Positions 9,824-19,176 of a stretch of 64,000 nucleotides of DNA are shown here, in pieces. The stretch is from Patescibacteria group bacterium (GTDB lineage Bacteria; Patescibacteriota; Minisyncoccia; Phycocordibacterales; PALSA-1337). Location of the stretch: NCBI GenBank assembly GCA_040387635.1, contig JAZKDJ010000001.1, positions 311,453 to 375,452 of the forward strand, given 5' to 3'. The notes beneath the pieces are model-generated. The model searched no databases, was not told the DNA's origin, and saw only the letters and a list, made by a program, of their open reading frames with translations. Position 1 is the stretch's first letter. Each line of letters starts with the position of its first letter. The translations under genes and the position numbers were made by a program.

Positions 9824-10288
9824 ATGAAAAAAGGATCAACATTACTACTAAAAGGAGTCATCTTTCTTATCGGGGCCATTGTGCTCTTCCTATGTGCGTA
9901 TGTCTTACCTCAAGGAATCATGACAGACGTCACAGGGCTTTACCGACCCATTCTCATAGGTCTGTATTTTCCCGCTATTCCCTTTTTCGTTGCTCTGTAT
10001 CAAGCTCTGAAACTCTTGAACAATATTGATAAGGGTTTGGCTTTCTCAAATCTATCTACAAAGGCTCTGAATGTTATTAAATACTGCGCAATCATAATCA
10101 GTATCTTGTATGCGATAGGTATGCCATTCATCTTCATTGCAGCAGAGAAAGATGATGCGCCAGGTGTGATAGTCATCGGATTAGTGATTATCTTTGCTTC
10201 AGTAGTAATTGCAACCTTCGCGGCCGTGCTTCAGAAACTCCTGCAGGAAGCCTTGGACATAAAAGCTGAGAACGAATTAACTGTCTAG
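9824..10288 (+). CDS. DUF2975 family membrane protein
   Basis: Four TM helices, DDAPG motif, C-terminal K.ENELTV, adjacent to a YozG-like HTH gene. Confidence 0.85.
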   Translation: MKKGSTLLLKGVIFLIGAIVLFLCAYVLPQGIMTDVTGLYRPILIGLYFPAIPFFVALYQALKLLNNIDKGLAFSNLSTKALNVIKYCAIIISILYAIGMPFIFIAAEKDDAPGVIVIGLVIIFASVVIATFAAVLQKLLQEALDIKAENELTV

Positions 10289-10298
10289 AGAAAATACC

Positions 10299-10508
10299 AT
10301 GTCAATAATAATCAACATCGACGTGATGCTCGCAAAAAGAAAAATGAGCGTCACCGAACTCACTGAGAAAGTAGGAATAACCATGGCTAATATTTCCATA
10401 TTGAAGAATGGAAAAGCGAAGGCTATTCGACTATCGACGCTCGAAGCAATATGCAAAGCCCTAGACTGCCAGCCTGCGGATTTATTGGAATATAAGAAAG
10501 ACAAATAA
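10299..10508 (+). CDS. Cro/C1-type HTH transcriptional regulator (YozG-like)
   Basis: DVMLAKRKMS..ELTEKVGIT.AN.SILKNGKAKAIR.STLEAIC.ALDCQP. Confidence 0.9.
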   Translation: MSIIINIDVMLAKRKMSVTELTEKVGITMANISILKNGKAKAIRLSTLEAICKALDCQPADLLEYKKDK

Positions 10509-10513
10509 AAAAC

Positions 10514-11047
10514 ATGAATAAGAAAAACCTTCTACGTTTCGCACTTGTGACCGCACTCATACTACTCATACCTTTGATAGCAATGCAGTTCACTGATGAG
10601 GTAGTTTGGACCGCGTTTGATTTCGTCTTCGCTGGCACTCTCCTCTTCGGTACAGGTCTCGCTTATGAATTCTTATCGAGCAGATCAGGCACCCTTACCT
10701 ACCGCTTTGCCTCTGGCCTTGCTGTTATAACTGGACTCCTACTTATTTGGGTTAACGCTGCAGTTGGTCTCATAGGAAGTGAGGACAACCCCCTCAACCT
10801 ATTGTATTTTGGAGTCATCCTCATTGGAATAATTGGTGCTGTTGGTGCACGCCTCAAGCCGCTTGGAATGTCACATACACTGTTTGCGACAGCAGTAGCT
10901 CAGATATTAGTTCCTATCATTGCGCTCATTGTACGCAAACCGGACTTCTCTCCTGGAATAATCCATGTGTTAATTCTAAACGCAATCTTCGCCGCACTCT
11001 GGCTTGGATCAGGACTTCTGTTTCGACGCGCTGCAAATACGCAGTAA
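10514..11047 (+). CDS. Integral membrane protein
   Basis: About six TM segments; LIPLIAMQFT.EV.W...DF, W.N.AVG.IG.E motifs. Confidence 0.8.
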   Translation: MNKKNLLRFALVTALILLIPLIAMQFTDEVVWTAFDFVFAGTLLFGTGLAYEFLSSRSGTLTYRFASGLAVITGLLLIWVNAAVGLIGSEDNPLNLLYFGVILIGIIGAVGARLKPLGMSHTLFATAVAQILVPIIALIVRKPDFSPGIIHVLILNAIFAALWLGSGLLFRRAANTQ

Positions 11048-11116
11048 GAAAAGCAAGATATCTTATTGCATTTTCCTCTTCTTTGCCGTATATATAGTTC
11101 AGCATTTAAAAGTTCT

Positions 11117-11647
11117 ATGAATAAGGCACCTTCGCGCCCAGTTGTTCTCTTTACGTCCAACAACCTTCCTTCTGCTCTCGACCACGTAACGACGGAAGAA
11201 AGTAGACACATCCGCTTTGTGAAGCCTGCGATGGGCAGGCACATCAAGGAAATGCATACCGATCCCAATGGCGCACTCCCGATAACACAGAAGCTTGCTG
11301 TTCGAGTGCTGCGTTTGGAATTACAGGATGCGGTTCCGTTCCACATGCACAATCACAAGGAGAAATTATACATCTCCAACAGCATGGGCAGAATTCAGGT
11401 AGTGATGTATCCACCTCCCGGACATCGACTTTACACTGGCCAACCTTTGCGGATTGACTTGCATGCGTACGGTCAACAGCTCGTGATTCCCGCGACGTGG
11501 CCACACGCACTTCACTGCACCGCGGTAGAAGAAAAACAAACGCATTCTGAAATTATGGTTATCAGTTCGCCTAATATGGACGACGATATCTTTTGGGAGG
11601 AAGATCTCGCTCGACTTGTGAGTCAGCCGCTTCCAGCTTCAAGCTGA
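11117..11647 (+). CDS. Cupin-like hypothetical protein
   Basis: FHMHNHKEKLY and LVIPATWPHAL resemble cupin motifs 1 and 2; ATG at 11117 chosen over upstream TTG. Confidence 0.55.
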   Translation: MNKAPSRPVVLFTSNNLPSALDHVTTEESRHIRFVKPAMGRHIKEMHTDPNGALPITQKLAVRVLRLELQDAVPFHMHNHKEKLYISNSMGRIQVVMYPPPGHRLYTGQPLRIDLHAYGQQLVIPATWPHALHCTAVEEKQTHSEIMVISSPNMDDDIFWEEDLARLVSQPLPASS

Positions 11648-11668
11648 TCGTGAGCTGATCCCAATCGC

Positions 11669-11710
11669 AACGCCGGTGTGCACTTCGTGCACACCGGCGT
11701 TTCTTCTTTC
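11669..11710. terminator. Terminator between convergent genes
   Basis: AACGCCGGTGTGCAC-TTC-GTGCACACCGGCGTT. Confidence 0.8.
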
Positions 11711-11729
11711 AATACACCTCCCCAATTCC

Positions 11730-12056
11730 CTACGCTTCCATCTTATTAATCTTCGCAGCTACAATAAAATCATTTTCCATAAGTCCTCCCACCGCATGCG
11801 TCCACAGCTCTAATTTAACTTTGTTGTAGTTAATATGAATGTCAGGATGATGACCTTCTGTCTCCGCAATGTCAGCAACCTTATTTACAAAGCTAATAGC
11901 CCGCACAAAGTCTTTGAACTCAAACTCTCTAACAATCTTTTTTCCATCGATTACATGCCAGCCAGGCGTATCAGCCAGGTATGTATGGATAGTTTCCGCG
12001 TCAAAGGGTTCTCCTCCATTCTCGCAAGGTACACATTTTTTGTTTGTTAAATCCAT
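11730..12056 (-). CDS. Pterin-4-alpha-carbinolamine dehydratase
   Basis: KCVPCE, EGHHPDI, WTHAVGGL.ENDFI.AAKI. Confidence 0.95.
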   Translation of the reverse strand: MDLTNKKCVPCENGGEPFDAETIHTYLADTPGWHVIDGKKIVREFEFKDFVRAISFVNKVADIAETEGHHPDIHINYNKVKLELWTHAVGGLMENDFIVAAKINKMEA

Positions 12057-12209
12057 GGCTTTAATTATAGCTTAAAAAGCAAATTACGTTTCTTTGATTG
12101 ACTATTCTCCCTTACTATGACAACATTACAGCAACAAAGAGTTATGATTCGAAATCGTCGAATTTAAAGAACATTCTATTTGTAGCTTATTCGTTAATCA
12201 AAAACCCCA

Positions 12210-12407
12210 ATGACAGGATCAATCAAGAAGATCATGGACAAAGGATTCGGTTTCATCGCTCCAAGCGAGGGAGGAAAGGATATTTTCTTTCACTCAAACT
12301 CACTTGTAGGCGTGCAGTTCAATGAACTTCGCGAAGGTGACGCTGTTTCTTTTGAGACAGAGGACACAGACAAAGGCAAGAACGCTATAAACGTTCAGAG
12401 AGCTTAA
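12210..12407 (+). CDS. csp: Cold-shock protein
   Basis: KGFGFI (RNP1), DIFFH (RNP2). Confidence 0.95.
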   Translation: MTGSIKKIMDKGFGFIAPSEGGKDIFFHSNSLVGVQFNELREGDAVSFETEDTDKGKNAINVQRA

Positions 12408-12415
12408 ATCTGAGA

Positions 12416-12456
12416 GCAAAAAACCGCTTCGGAATAAAATCCAAGCGGTTTTTTGC
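12416..12456 (+). terminator. Intrinsic terminator
   Basis: GCAAAAAACCGCTT/AAGCGGTTTTTTGC. Confidence 0.8.
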
Positions 12457-12535
12457 TGCTTGATAACTCATTTGACCCTGCCAGCCGGAGGTGCTTAAAT
12501 AACGGAAGACACAAGCACCACAACAGATCATTTCT

Positions 12536-12898
12536 ATGACTACGTCAAGTACGAAGGTTCTCCTTATCGCTCCGAAAAACAACACAACGCAACTTTTGGA
12601 ACAGATTTGCGCTAATGAATTCCAATGCGAAGTAACAACCGCCGAGGAATTCACGGCAGCAGAAAAGCTTCTTAATGGTAATAGCTTCAACATTGTCGTC
12701 TTAGGAGACGACATTCCAGGCGGTGATTGTCGCAAGCTGGCGACTTCAGCCAACAAGACTCAAAAGAATGCTCTGACGATCAGTGCCCACGGTGACCCGG
12801 CTAAACGTTCCCTTCACTGTCAGTTGGGATTCAAAAAGCAGGCAGGTCCTTTAATGGCCCCTGAACTAATCCGCGCAGAACTGCGCGCAATGAAGTAG
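12536..12898 (+). CDS. Degenerate receiver (CheY-like) domain protein
   Basis: KVLLI..., F.IVVLG..IPGGD, ISAH pattern; acidic-pocket Asp residues missing. Confidence 0.55.
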   Translation: MTTSSTKVLLIAPKNNTTQLLEQICANEFQCEVTTAEEFTAAEKLLNGNSFNIVVLGDDIPGGDCRKLATSANKTQKNALTISAHGDPAKRSLHCQLGFKKQAGPLMAPELIRAELRAMK

Positions 12899-12911
12899 TA
12901 AACCTCTTCAG

Positions 12912-12951
12912 AGAAAACCTCAACAGGCATCTCTCGTTGAGGTTTTCTTTC
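12912..12951 (+). terminator. Intrinsic terminator
   Basis: AGAAAACCTCAAC/GTTGAGGTTTTCT. Confidence 0.75.
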
Positions 12952-13007
12952 TACCCAAAATATGATTATATAAAAATAGAACAACACCAAGGAGAAAGGC
13001 ATGCTAT

Positions 13008-13196
13008 ATGCTATTCCATGAATGCAAAGAAGGTCGATGCAGTAACTGCGTTGGCAAGGATCAAACTGAAGTTCAGTGCGAGTGCCCCTGCCATGCAAAA
13101 AAGCTTGCTCAAGCAAGCCAGACCCCTGGTAATACAACAAAGAAAGCTCCAACGTTCAACTGGCGTGTTCCTCGCCGTAGGCGACGACACTACTGA
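13008..13196 (+). CDS. Small Cys/His-rich protein (putative Zn-binding) with basic tail
   Basis: HEC...CxxC...CECPCH, RRRRRH tail; purine-rich AAGGAG upstream; hairpin downstream. Confidence 0.45.
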   Translation: MLFHECKEGRCSNCVGKDQTEVQCECPCHAKKLAQASQTPGNTTKKAPTFNWRVPRRRRRHY

Positions 13197-13270
13197 CACT
13201 TCAGCGATAATGGACCCCTCAATAGTTCCCCACCAAAGACGTCCCGCGCACCACGTGCCGGGGCTGTTTT

Positions 13271-14932
13271 TTATTCCTCCCTCAAGAACAATCGTGCCAA
13301 CCTTAGTTCAATAAAGTCATATGTCGATCCTAATATTTCTCTTACGGCAGAAAGTTTCATGTCTCCAAGTTTCTTGCGCTTACCCTCTCCATACAACTCT
13401 AAGAATATTTCTTCTATCTTCCCAAATCTTTTTGGCTTCAAATGTTCAAATGATAATTCAGGATCGGCCTTGCCGGAATCAACAAGCTTCTCGAGATGAT
13501 CAAGAATGGTTCCCTCACCCAATTCACGCTTCTTTGCTATGTCCTTAAGAGAATGACCTGCGAGTGCCAGTTCCAGAGTAGCGTCGGTGGTTGCTCCCTT
13601 CTTTTTCTTTGGAGGCTTTCTTCCTGCAACACGTGCAGTAAACTCTTCTTGTAGTGTCCGCATTTCGTTATCACCCAGCGTATTTAAATATCCAACCGCG
13701 TCTTCGGACATAGCTCTGAGCTCATCATCAAATTCCAGAATTTCATCATGCACCTGGAGTGCCATCTCATTGAGGCCTAAAAGTTTCAATCCCTCAAAAG
13801 AGCGCACTCTAGAGAGCGCAACATACCCCATTCCCTTCTCGAAGGACTTTGAGAGATCTACTTCTACAGCATCAAGACTCATTCCCTGACTCTTATGAAC
13901 CGTAATAGCCCATGCCAAGCGAAGAGGTACCTGTGAAATTTCAGCCTTGATCTTCCCATCTTCCTGAACTGTCCATGAGACAGGCGCTGCTGTAATCCTA
14001 CCCTTACTTGTTTCTACAATCGGTCCCTGCTCACTCAGTTCTTTGATAACCCCTAGAGTTCCGTTCACATACCCTGTTTCATAATTATTTTTTACAAACA
14101 TAACGCGAGCACCCTTCTTGAGAAGTAGTCTCTCGGGAGCAAGACAGCTCTTCTTAAGTGCCTCAACAAGCATAGGTATGCCACGCGAAGTCATCTGATA
14201 TAGGCGGGCTTCGCCTGGGATTTTCTCAAGTTCTCCGAAGTTTATATTGTCTACATCATAATTATGCGTATACAAGCGAGTGGGTTCGACAGTCATCTTC
14301 AGATCCTTATTATGTCTATCTTTCAAATGCCCGCGCACTTCGCTATTAATAACTCCGCTTCTTATAGCATTCAATACAGTAAGTGAAGTCTCGTCCTTCT
14401 GGCGAAATTGCTCATGGAGATAACAAACTTTGAGATTGAGATCTCGCCAAGCTTCCGATCGATATATAAATTCTGCTTTCTCTTCCCCTTCCCTGGAAAC
14501 CGGTGGCAGCTGAAAAAAGTCTCCACACAGTACCACCTGCATGCCGCCGAAGGTTTCAGAATTTCTTTTGAATGCTCTGACAATTTTTTCAACCATATCA
14601 AGACGAAAATGATGCAGCATCGAAACCTCATCGATAATAAGCACTTTGGTATCCTTGATCCGATCCCAGAGATACTTCTTCTCTTCCATTGCCTCCAAAT
14701 CATAATCACTGATTGAATTCCTAATTCCAAGACCGCTCCAAGAATGAATGGTGATGCCGTTCATATGAGTGGCAGCGATGCCGGTAGAAGCAGTAACAGC
14801 AACTTCCACTTCATTTTTTCGTAGATAGTCGATGTACTGGTTAAGTACGTAGGTCTTACCGCTTCCCGCCTGTCCGGTGAGATATACATTGTGCCCAAGC
14901 TTGAGAATATTGAGTGCCTCCTTCTGTGTCAT
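13271..14932 (-). CDS. PIF1-family helicase with C-terminal HTH
   Basis: GQAGSGKT, TASTGIAA, IIDEVSM, GDFFQLPPV, AWAITVHKSQG, YVALSR. Confidence 0.95.
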   Translation of the reverse strand: MTQKEALNILKLGHNVYLTGQAGSGKTYVLNQYIDYLRKNEVEVAVTASTGIAATHMNGITIHSWSGLGIRNSISDYDLEAMEEKKYLWDRIKDTKVLIIDEVSMLHHFRLDMVEKIVRAFKRNSETFGGMQVVLCGDFFQLPPVSREGEEKAEFIYRSEAWRDLNLKVCYLHEQFRQKDETSLTVLNAIRSGVINSEVRGHLKDRHNKDLKMTVEPTRLYTHNYDVDNINFGELEKIPGEARLYQMTSRGIPMLVEALKKSCLAPERLLLKKGARVMFVKNNYETGYVNGTLGVIKELSEQGPIVETSKGRITAAPVSWTVQEDGKIKAEISQVPLRLAWAITVHKSQGMSLDAVEVDLSKSFEKGMGYVALSRVRSFEGLKLLGLNEMALQVHDEILEFDDELRAMSEDAVGYLNTLGDNEMRTLQEEFTARVAGRKPPKKKKGATTDATLELALAGHSLKDIAKKRELGEGTILDHLEKLVDSGKADPELSFEHLKPKRFGKIEEIFLELYGEGKRKKLGDMKLSAVREILGSTYDFIELRLARLFLREE

Positions 14933-15042
14933 TGGGCCAGTATACCAAACTGAATATGAAAAAGATCTAAAATTAAATTTTTATTACTACTTGCATATTT
15001 CAACCTTGTTTATTACCATATTTATAGAAATCCCTTGTACGC

Positions 15043-15300
15043 ATGGCAGTCACCACAATTCACGGTAAAGTCTTAGACGCGAGCTTCGAATGGTTCAAAA
15101 AACTCCTTGCCTCATCACAGGCTGTTGGTCATCACATCAACATTGCTTCGGGCAATTGCAGATTCAAATTCAAAATCGATGAGGTTCGCAACAAACAAGA
15201 CGATGTCTTCGTCGAACTGAAAGGAAAAAATTCAATGAACGTCGAGGGTATTGTTCGGATTGACCTTCGCACCAAGTCAATCGAAATTACCTACGCGTAG
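15043..15300 (+). CDS. Small hypothetical protein (orphan)
   Basis: 85-aa ORF with TTGCAT-17-TACCAT promoter and a terminator. Confidence 0.55.
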   Translation: MAVTTIHGKVLDASFEWFKKLLASSQAVGHHINIASGNCRFKFKIDEVRNKQDDVFVELKGKNSMNVEGIVRIDLRTKSIEITYA

Positions 15301-15318
15301 TACCAGATCCATCCCCCC

Positions 15319-15349
15319 AAGCGGCCAAGACTTCGTCTCGGCCGCTTTT
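15319..15349 (+). terminator. Intrinsic terminator
   Basis: AAGCGGCCAAGAC-TTC-GTCTCGGCCGCTTTT. Confidence 0.75.
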
Positions 15350-15406
15350 ACCTTGGTTATATGCTACAATCGAAAAACAACGCCAGCCTGCTAATTGGCC
15401 CTCACT

Positions 15407-16486
15407 ATGAACAAAACTCAATGGAAAGTATATAGCACTACCGAAGACGCCTGGAAAGCAATGCTTGAGGCATGCAAGAATGCAAAAAAGTCCATCGATC
15501 TTGAGCAGTTTCTCTTTGTTGCGGATGATGTAGGAAAGCAGTTTATCGAGGTCTGCGCTGCTAAAGCTCAAGAAGGTGTGCGCGTAAGATTTCTTTGGGA
15601 TGCCGCCGGAAGTTTTACATTCTTCGGATCTTCCCTAGCAAATGACCTCAAGAAAAAAGGCATCGAACTAGCATTCTTCTACACCCTTGTACCACGACTT
15701 CTTGATCTCCATGATTACAGATTTTGGTTTTTTAGAAATCACAGACGCTCTCTTATTATTGACGATGAGAAAGCTTTCACTGGAAGCATCTGCCTGTCAG
15801 ACAAAATGAAAGAGTGGCGTGACACCCACACGGAATTGTCGGGAGATATCGTGATTGAAATACGCAAAGCCTTCGAAGCAATGTGGAATCGTGCTCATGG
15901 CATTAAATCCAACTGGAGTGGCCGCGAACTCATATCGTCAGATGGATTCAACTACGTAACAAACAACCCATCTCCTCGAAGACGATTTTTGTATTACCGC
16001 CTTATTGACGCCATCCGAAACGGACAAAAATATATTTACATCACTACTCCATACTTCGTTCCCACACAGCGACTTCTCCGAGTCATCCTTCTTGCCGCTC
16101 ACCGGGGCGCTGATGTCAGATTGATACTTCCCAAAGGCTCAGACCACCCTCTTGTGGATCTCTGTGCGAGATCTTTCTTTAGCCAGCTTCTCAAGGCGGG
16201 TGTTAGAATTTTCCTCTACAACGGTGAAATGATTCACAACAAAACCATTGTGATTGACGATGAATGGGGTACGGCAGGCAGCCTCAACCTCGACAACATC
16301 AGCCTTCTCTACAATTATGAGGCGAATATCATCACTACCGACCATGACTGCATCCAGGAATTCAAGAATCATTTTGCCCACGACCAGAACCAGAGCACCG
16401 AACTTCTCTATTCGGAATGGAAGAAGCGTATTTTCCTCAAAAAGGTGCTCGAACGGCTCTCTCGGCTCATAAGCAAATTTCTATAG
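15407..16486 (+). CDS. cls: Phospholipase D family cardiolipin synthase (ClsB-like, no N-terminal TM)
   Basis: Two HKD-type motifs (HRRSLIID, HNKTIVID..GSLN), TPYFVP. Confidence 0.85.
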   Translation: MNKTQWKVYSTTEDAWKAMLEACKNAKKSIDLEQFLFVADDVGKQFIEVCAAKAQEGVRVRFLWDAAGSFTFFGSSLANDLKKKGIELAFFYTLVPRLLDLHDYRFWFFRNHRRSLIIDDEKAFTGSICLSDKMKEWRDTHTELSGDIVIEIRKAFEAMWNRAHGIKSNWSGRELISSDGFNYVTNNPSPRRRFLYYRLIDAIRNGQKYIYITTPYFVPTQRLLRVILLAAHRGADVRLILPKGSDHPLVDLCARSFFSQLLKAGVRIFLYNGEMIHNKTIVIDDEWGTAGSLNLDNISLLYNYEANIITTDHDCIQEFKNHFAHDQNQSTELLYSEWKKRIFLKKVLERLSRLISKFL

Positions 16487-16584
16487 GGATCTCTAAGATT
16501 CCCTGAAAAATCATTGCATCTAGGCAGTTTTTATGCTTTAATTCACTGTAATAGAGTTATCTCTAGCCTTTTAATTTAATCCAA

Positions 16585-17097
16585 TTGAGTACTATAAGAA
16601 TACGAATCAACCATCAGATCAAAGCCCCCGAACTGCGCCTTATCGATGAGAATGGCCAGAATGTCGGTGTTGTCACATTTCGTGAGGCATTTGAACGTGC
16701 TCAGGCCGCACAGCTCGATCTTATTGAAATCGCCCCTACTGCCACTCCCCCGGTTGCAAAAATCATGGATTATGGTAAATTTCAATACGACGAAAAGAAG
16801 AAGCAAAAGCTCGCCAAATCCAGGACCCAGACCACTGATTTGAAGAATATTCAGGTCAAAATAGGTACAGGAGAGCACGATTTGGAACTAAAAGCCAAAA
16901 AAGCTTCTGAATGGCTCGCGGAAGGACATCGGGTAAAAATCGATCTCTTTGTTTCGGGACGGTCAAAGTATATGGAGTTCAAATTCCTTCGGGAACGATT
17001 GGACCGTATTTTCAAGCTCATTACGGTGGAATACAAGATCACCGAAGAGCCTAAGAAGGGACCAAAGGGACTAACGTCAGTCATAGAACGAGCATAA
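16585..17097 (+). CDS. infC: Translation initiation factor IF-3
   Basis: RINHQI...RLID, PPVAKIMDYGKF; non-AUG start. Confidence 0.95.
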   Translation: MSTIRIRINHQIKAPELRLIDENGQNVGVVTFREAFERAQAAQLDLIEIAPTATPPVAKIMDYGKFQYDEKKKQKLAKSRTQTTDLKNIQVKIGTGEHDLELKAKKASEWLAEGHRVKIDLFVSGRSKYMEFKFLRERLDRIFKLITVEYKITEEPKKGPKGLTSVIERA

Positions 17098-17128
17098 GCT
17101 CTCAAAAAGAAGCGTTCACATAAAAGTT

Positions 17129-17314
17129 ATGAAAACAAACAAATCATACGCAAAGCGATTAAAAGTAACACGAAACGGTAAGATCTTCAGCCGACGAGCT
17201 GGACAGAACCATTTCAATGCCAAGGAAAGCCGACGCAGCCAGCTCAAGAAGAAAGGCAACATGCCATTCATCATCAGCAACAAGGCGAAGAGCAGACTAT
17301 TGGTCAACATGTAA
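17129..17314 (+). CDS. rpmI: 50S ribosomal protein L35
   Basis: KT.KS..KRLKVT..GK; position between infC and rplT. Confidence 0.95.
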   Translation: MKTNKSYAKRLKVTRNGKIFSRRAGQNHFNAKESRRSQLKKKGNMPFIISNKAKSRLLVNM

Positions 17315-17352
17315 GCACTACCCCGGGAATCTAATCAACTAAAGAAACTAAT

Positions 17353-17697
17353 ATGGTACGAGTAAAAAAAGGCGTTAACGCCCTGAAGACAAGAAAAAAG
17401 ATACTTAGCCAAGTTAAGGGCTACCGTTTCGGACGAAGCACAAAGGAGCGAATGGCATATGAGGCTATCTCACACGCCGGAGCTTACGCTTTCGCTCACC
17501 GACGAGACAAGAAGGGTGACATGCGACGACTCTGGAACGTGCGAATCAACGCCGCTCTCCGCCCAATGAACCTCTCATACAGCAAGTTCATCGGTGCTCT
17601 CAAGAAGAAGAACATCGCAGTTGACCGAAAGATCCTCGCGACGCTTGCAGCTGAGAATCCAAAGGCATTCGAAAACATCGTAAAGAAAGTAGCGTAA
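17353..17697 (+). CDS. rplT: 50S ribosomal protein L20
   Basis: RVKKG, RRLW..RINAA, SYSKFI, DRKILA. Confidence 0.97.
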   Translation: MVRVKKGVNALKTRKKILSQVKGYRFGRSTKERMAYEAISHAGAYAFAHRRDKKGDMRRLWNVRINAALRPMNLSYSKFIGALKKKNIAVDRKILATLAAENPKAFENIVKKVA

Positions 17698-17713
17698 TAT
17701 CTCAAAAACTACT

Positions 17714-17753
17714 AACAAAAAAACGGCTTATTTATAAGCCGGTTTTTTTGTTT
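17714..17753. terminator. Bidirectional terminator
   Basis: AACAAAAAAACGGCTTA/TAAGCCGGTTTTTTTGTT between convergent genes. Confidence 0.75.
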
Positions 17754-19176
17754 AGAGTAAATATATCTTCTCAGGTTCCGGACATACAGCCTCTACCCCT
17801 AATTCATTCCTAAGCCTTTGTGCCAGCTTGGTTGAAGACTTAAGCTCCCCCATCACTACGAAGGCCTTCTTTAGCCGTTCTTGCCCATGAGATACGAATT
17901 CCACCAAATGGTCAGAATCCTTATGCGCTGAGTATCCGAAGATAGTTTCAATTCTAGCCTTTACCTGCACTTTCTCTCCATCAACATTGATACTCTTAGC
18001 TTTCTCCTGAAGTTGCCTGCCTAGTGTGCCCGCAGGCTGGTAGCCGACCAATAGAATGGTGCTATGGGGGTCAGGTGCGTATTCAGCCTCATGTCTCCTC
18101 ACCCGGCCTCCCATGGACATTCCTGAGCCTGCCACGATGATCTTAGGGGCATCAGTCTTCGATATCTCCTTGGAATCCCTGTTGGATGCAGTAATGGTAA
18201 GTTTTGGAAAATCAAAGATGTCCCCTCTCTGCTCAATCCTCTTCTTTGTCGATGGATTAAAAAGCTCGGTATATGAGCGATACACTTCTGTAACTCGTGA
18301 AGCAAGCGGTGAATCAAGGAAAACCGGCATCGCTGGAATTTTTCCTTCCTCAATCAAATTATTGATCTCATACAAAATCACCTGTGTCCTCTCAACTGAG
18401 AAAGCTGGTATCACAAGAGTTCCCTTTCTCTGGTGCGTTTCTTTGATAATTCTCTCAAGCTCTCGAATTCGAGCATCATGAGATTCGTGATTCCTGTCTC
18501 CATACACGCTTTCCATAACCAAATATTCAGCATCAGTTACATACTCAGTATCTCGAAGTATTGGTGTGGGTGTATTACCCAAGTCACCTGTGAAAGCGAT
18601 TTTCTTTTTCCTGTCACCTATACCAAGAAGCTCTTCATGGATAGTGAACTCAACAATCGCTGACCCTAGAATGTGTCCAGCGTCTAGAAAATGCGCAGAC
18701 ACTCCTTCAGTCAAATTAAACGCAGTGTGGTATTCGACAATATTCCAAAAAGAGAACGCCAGTTCGACATCTCCCTCTTCATACAAAGGCGCTACACCTT
18801 CACGTTCAGCGCTCTGTCTCAGAAGATGCACGGCGTCTTCGAGGATTAACCTCGCCAAGTCACGAGTAGCAGGAGTGGAGTATATTTTGCCCCTAAAGCC
18901 GTCTTTTACAAGCTTTGGAATCCTTCCTACATGGTCTAGATGCGCGTGAGTTATAACAAGCGAATGAGTCTCATAAACATTGAACGCAAATGGAATTCGA
19001 TTCTGTGACTCTGCCTCCTTACTTCCCTGCACCATACCGCAATCGATAAGGATCTTCGCAGGCTTCGAGGAATCTTTCTGAGGAACATTTAATAGAAAAT
19101 TTGCACCCGTAACAGTTCCTACGCCTGTCATAAATGAAACGTATAGTTTACCTTCGTCGTTACTGTTTTTTTTCAT
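17752..19176 (-). CDS. MBL-fold beta-CASP ribonuclease
   Basis: THAHLDHVGR, AGHILGS, MESVYGDR, YSAHKD. Confidence 0.92.
   Translation of the reverse strand: MKKNSNDEGKLYVSFMTGVGTVTGANFLLNVPQKDSSKPAKILIDCGMVQGSKEAESQNRIPFAFNVYETHSLVITHAHLDHVGRIPKLVKDGFRGKIYSTPATRDLARLILEDAVHLLRQSAEREGVAPLYEEGDVELAFSFWNIVEYHTAFNLTEGVSAHFLDAGHILGSAIVEFTIHEELLGIGDRKKKIAFTGDLGNTPTPILRDTEYVTDAEYLVMESVYGDRNHESHDARIRELERIIKETHQRKGTLVIPAFSVERTQVILYEINNLIEEGKIPAMPVFLDSPLASRVTEVYRSYTELFNPSTKKRIEQRGDIFDFPKLTITASNRDSKEISKTDAPKIIVAGSGMSMGGRVRRHEAEYAPDPHSTILLVGYQPAGTLGRQLQEKAKSINVDGEKVQVKARIETIFGYSAHKDSDHLVEFVSHGQERLKKAFVVMGELKSSTKLAQRLRNELGVEAVCPEPEKIYLL

Noticed and set aside
12937-13314. 125-aa ORF
   Set aside because: Starts inside a terminator, runs through a hairpin and overlaps the helicase end; the nested Cys-rich frame is more plausible
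4060-15349. Orphan genes as integron cassettes
   Set aside because: Downstream hairpins lack RYYYAAC/GTTRRRY attC boxes, look like ordinary terminators, and no intI is present
16585-16602. Non-AUG start of infC as a novelty
   Set aside because: Non-canonical initiation of infC is an established autoregulatory feature
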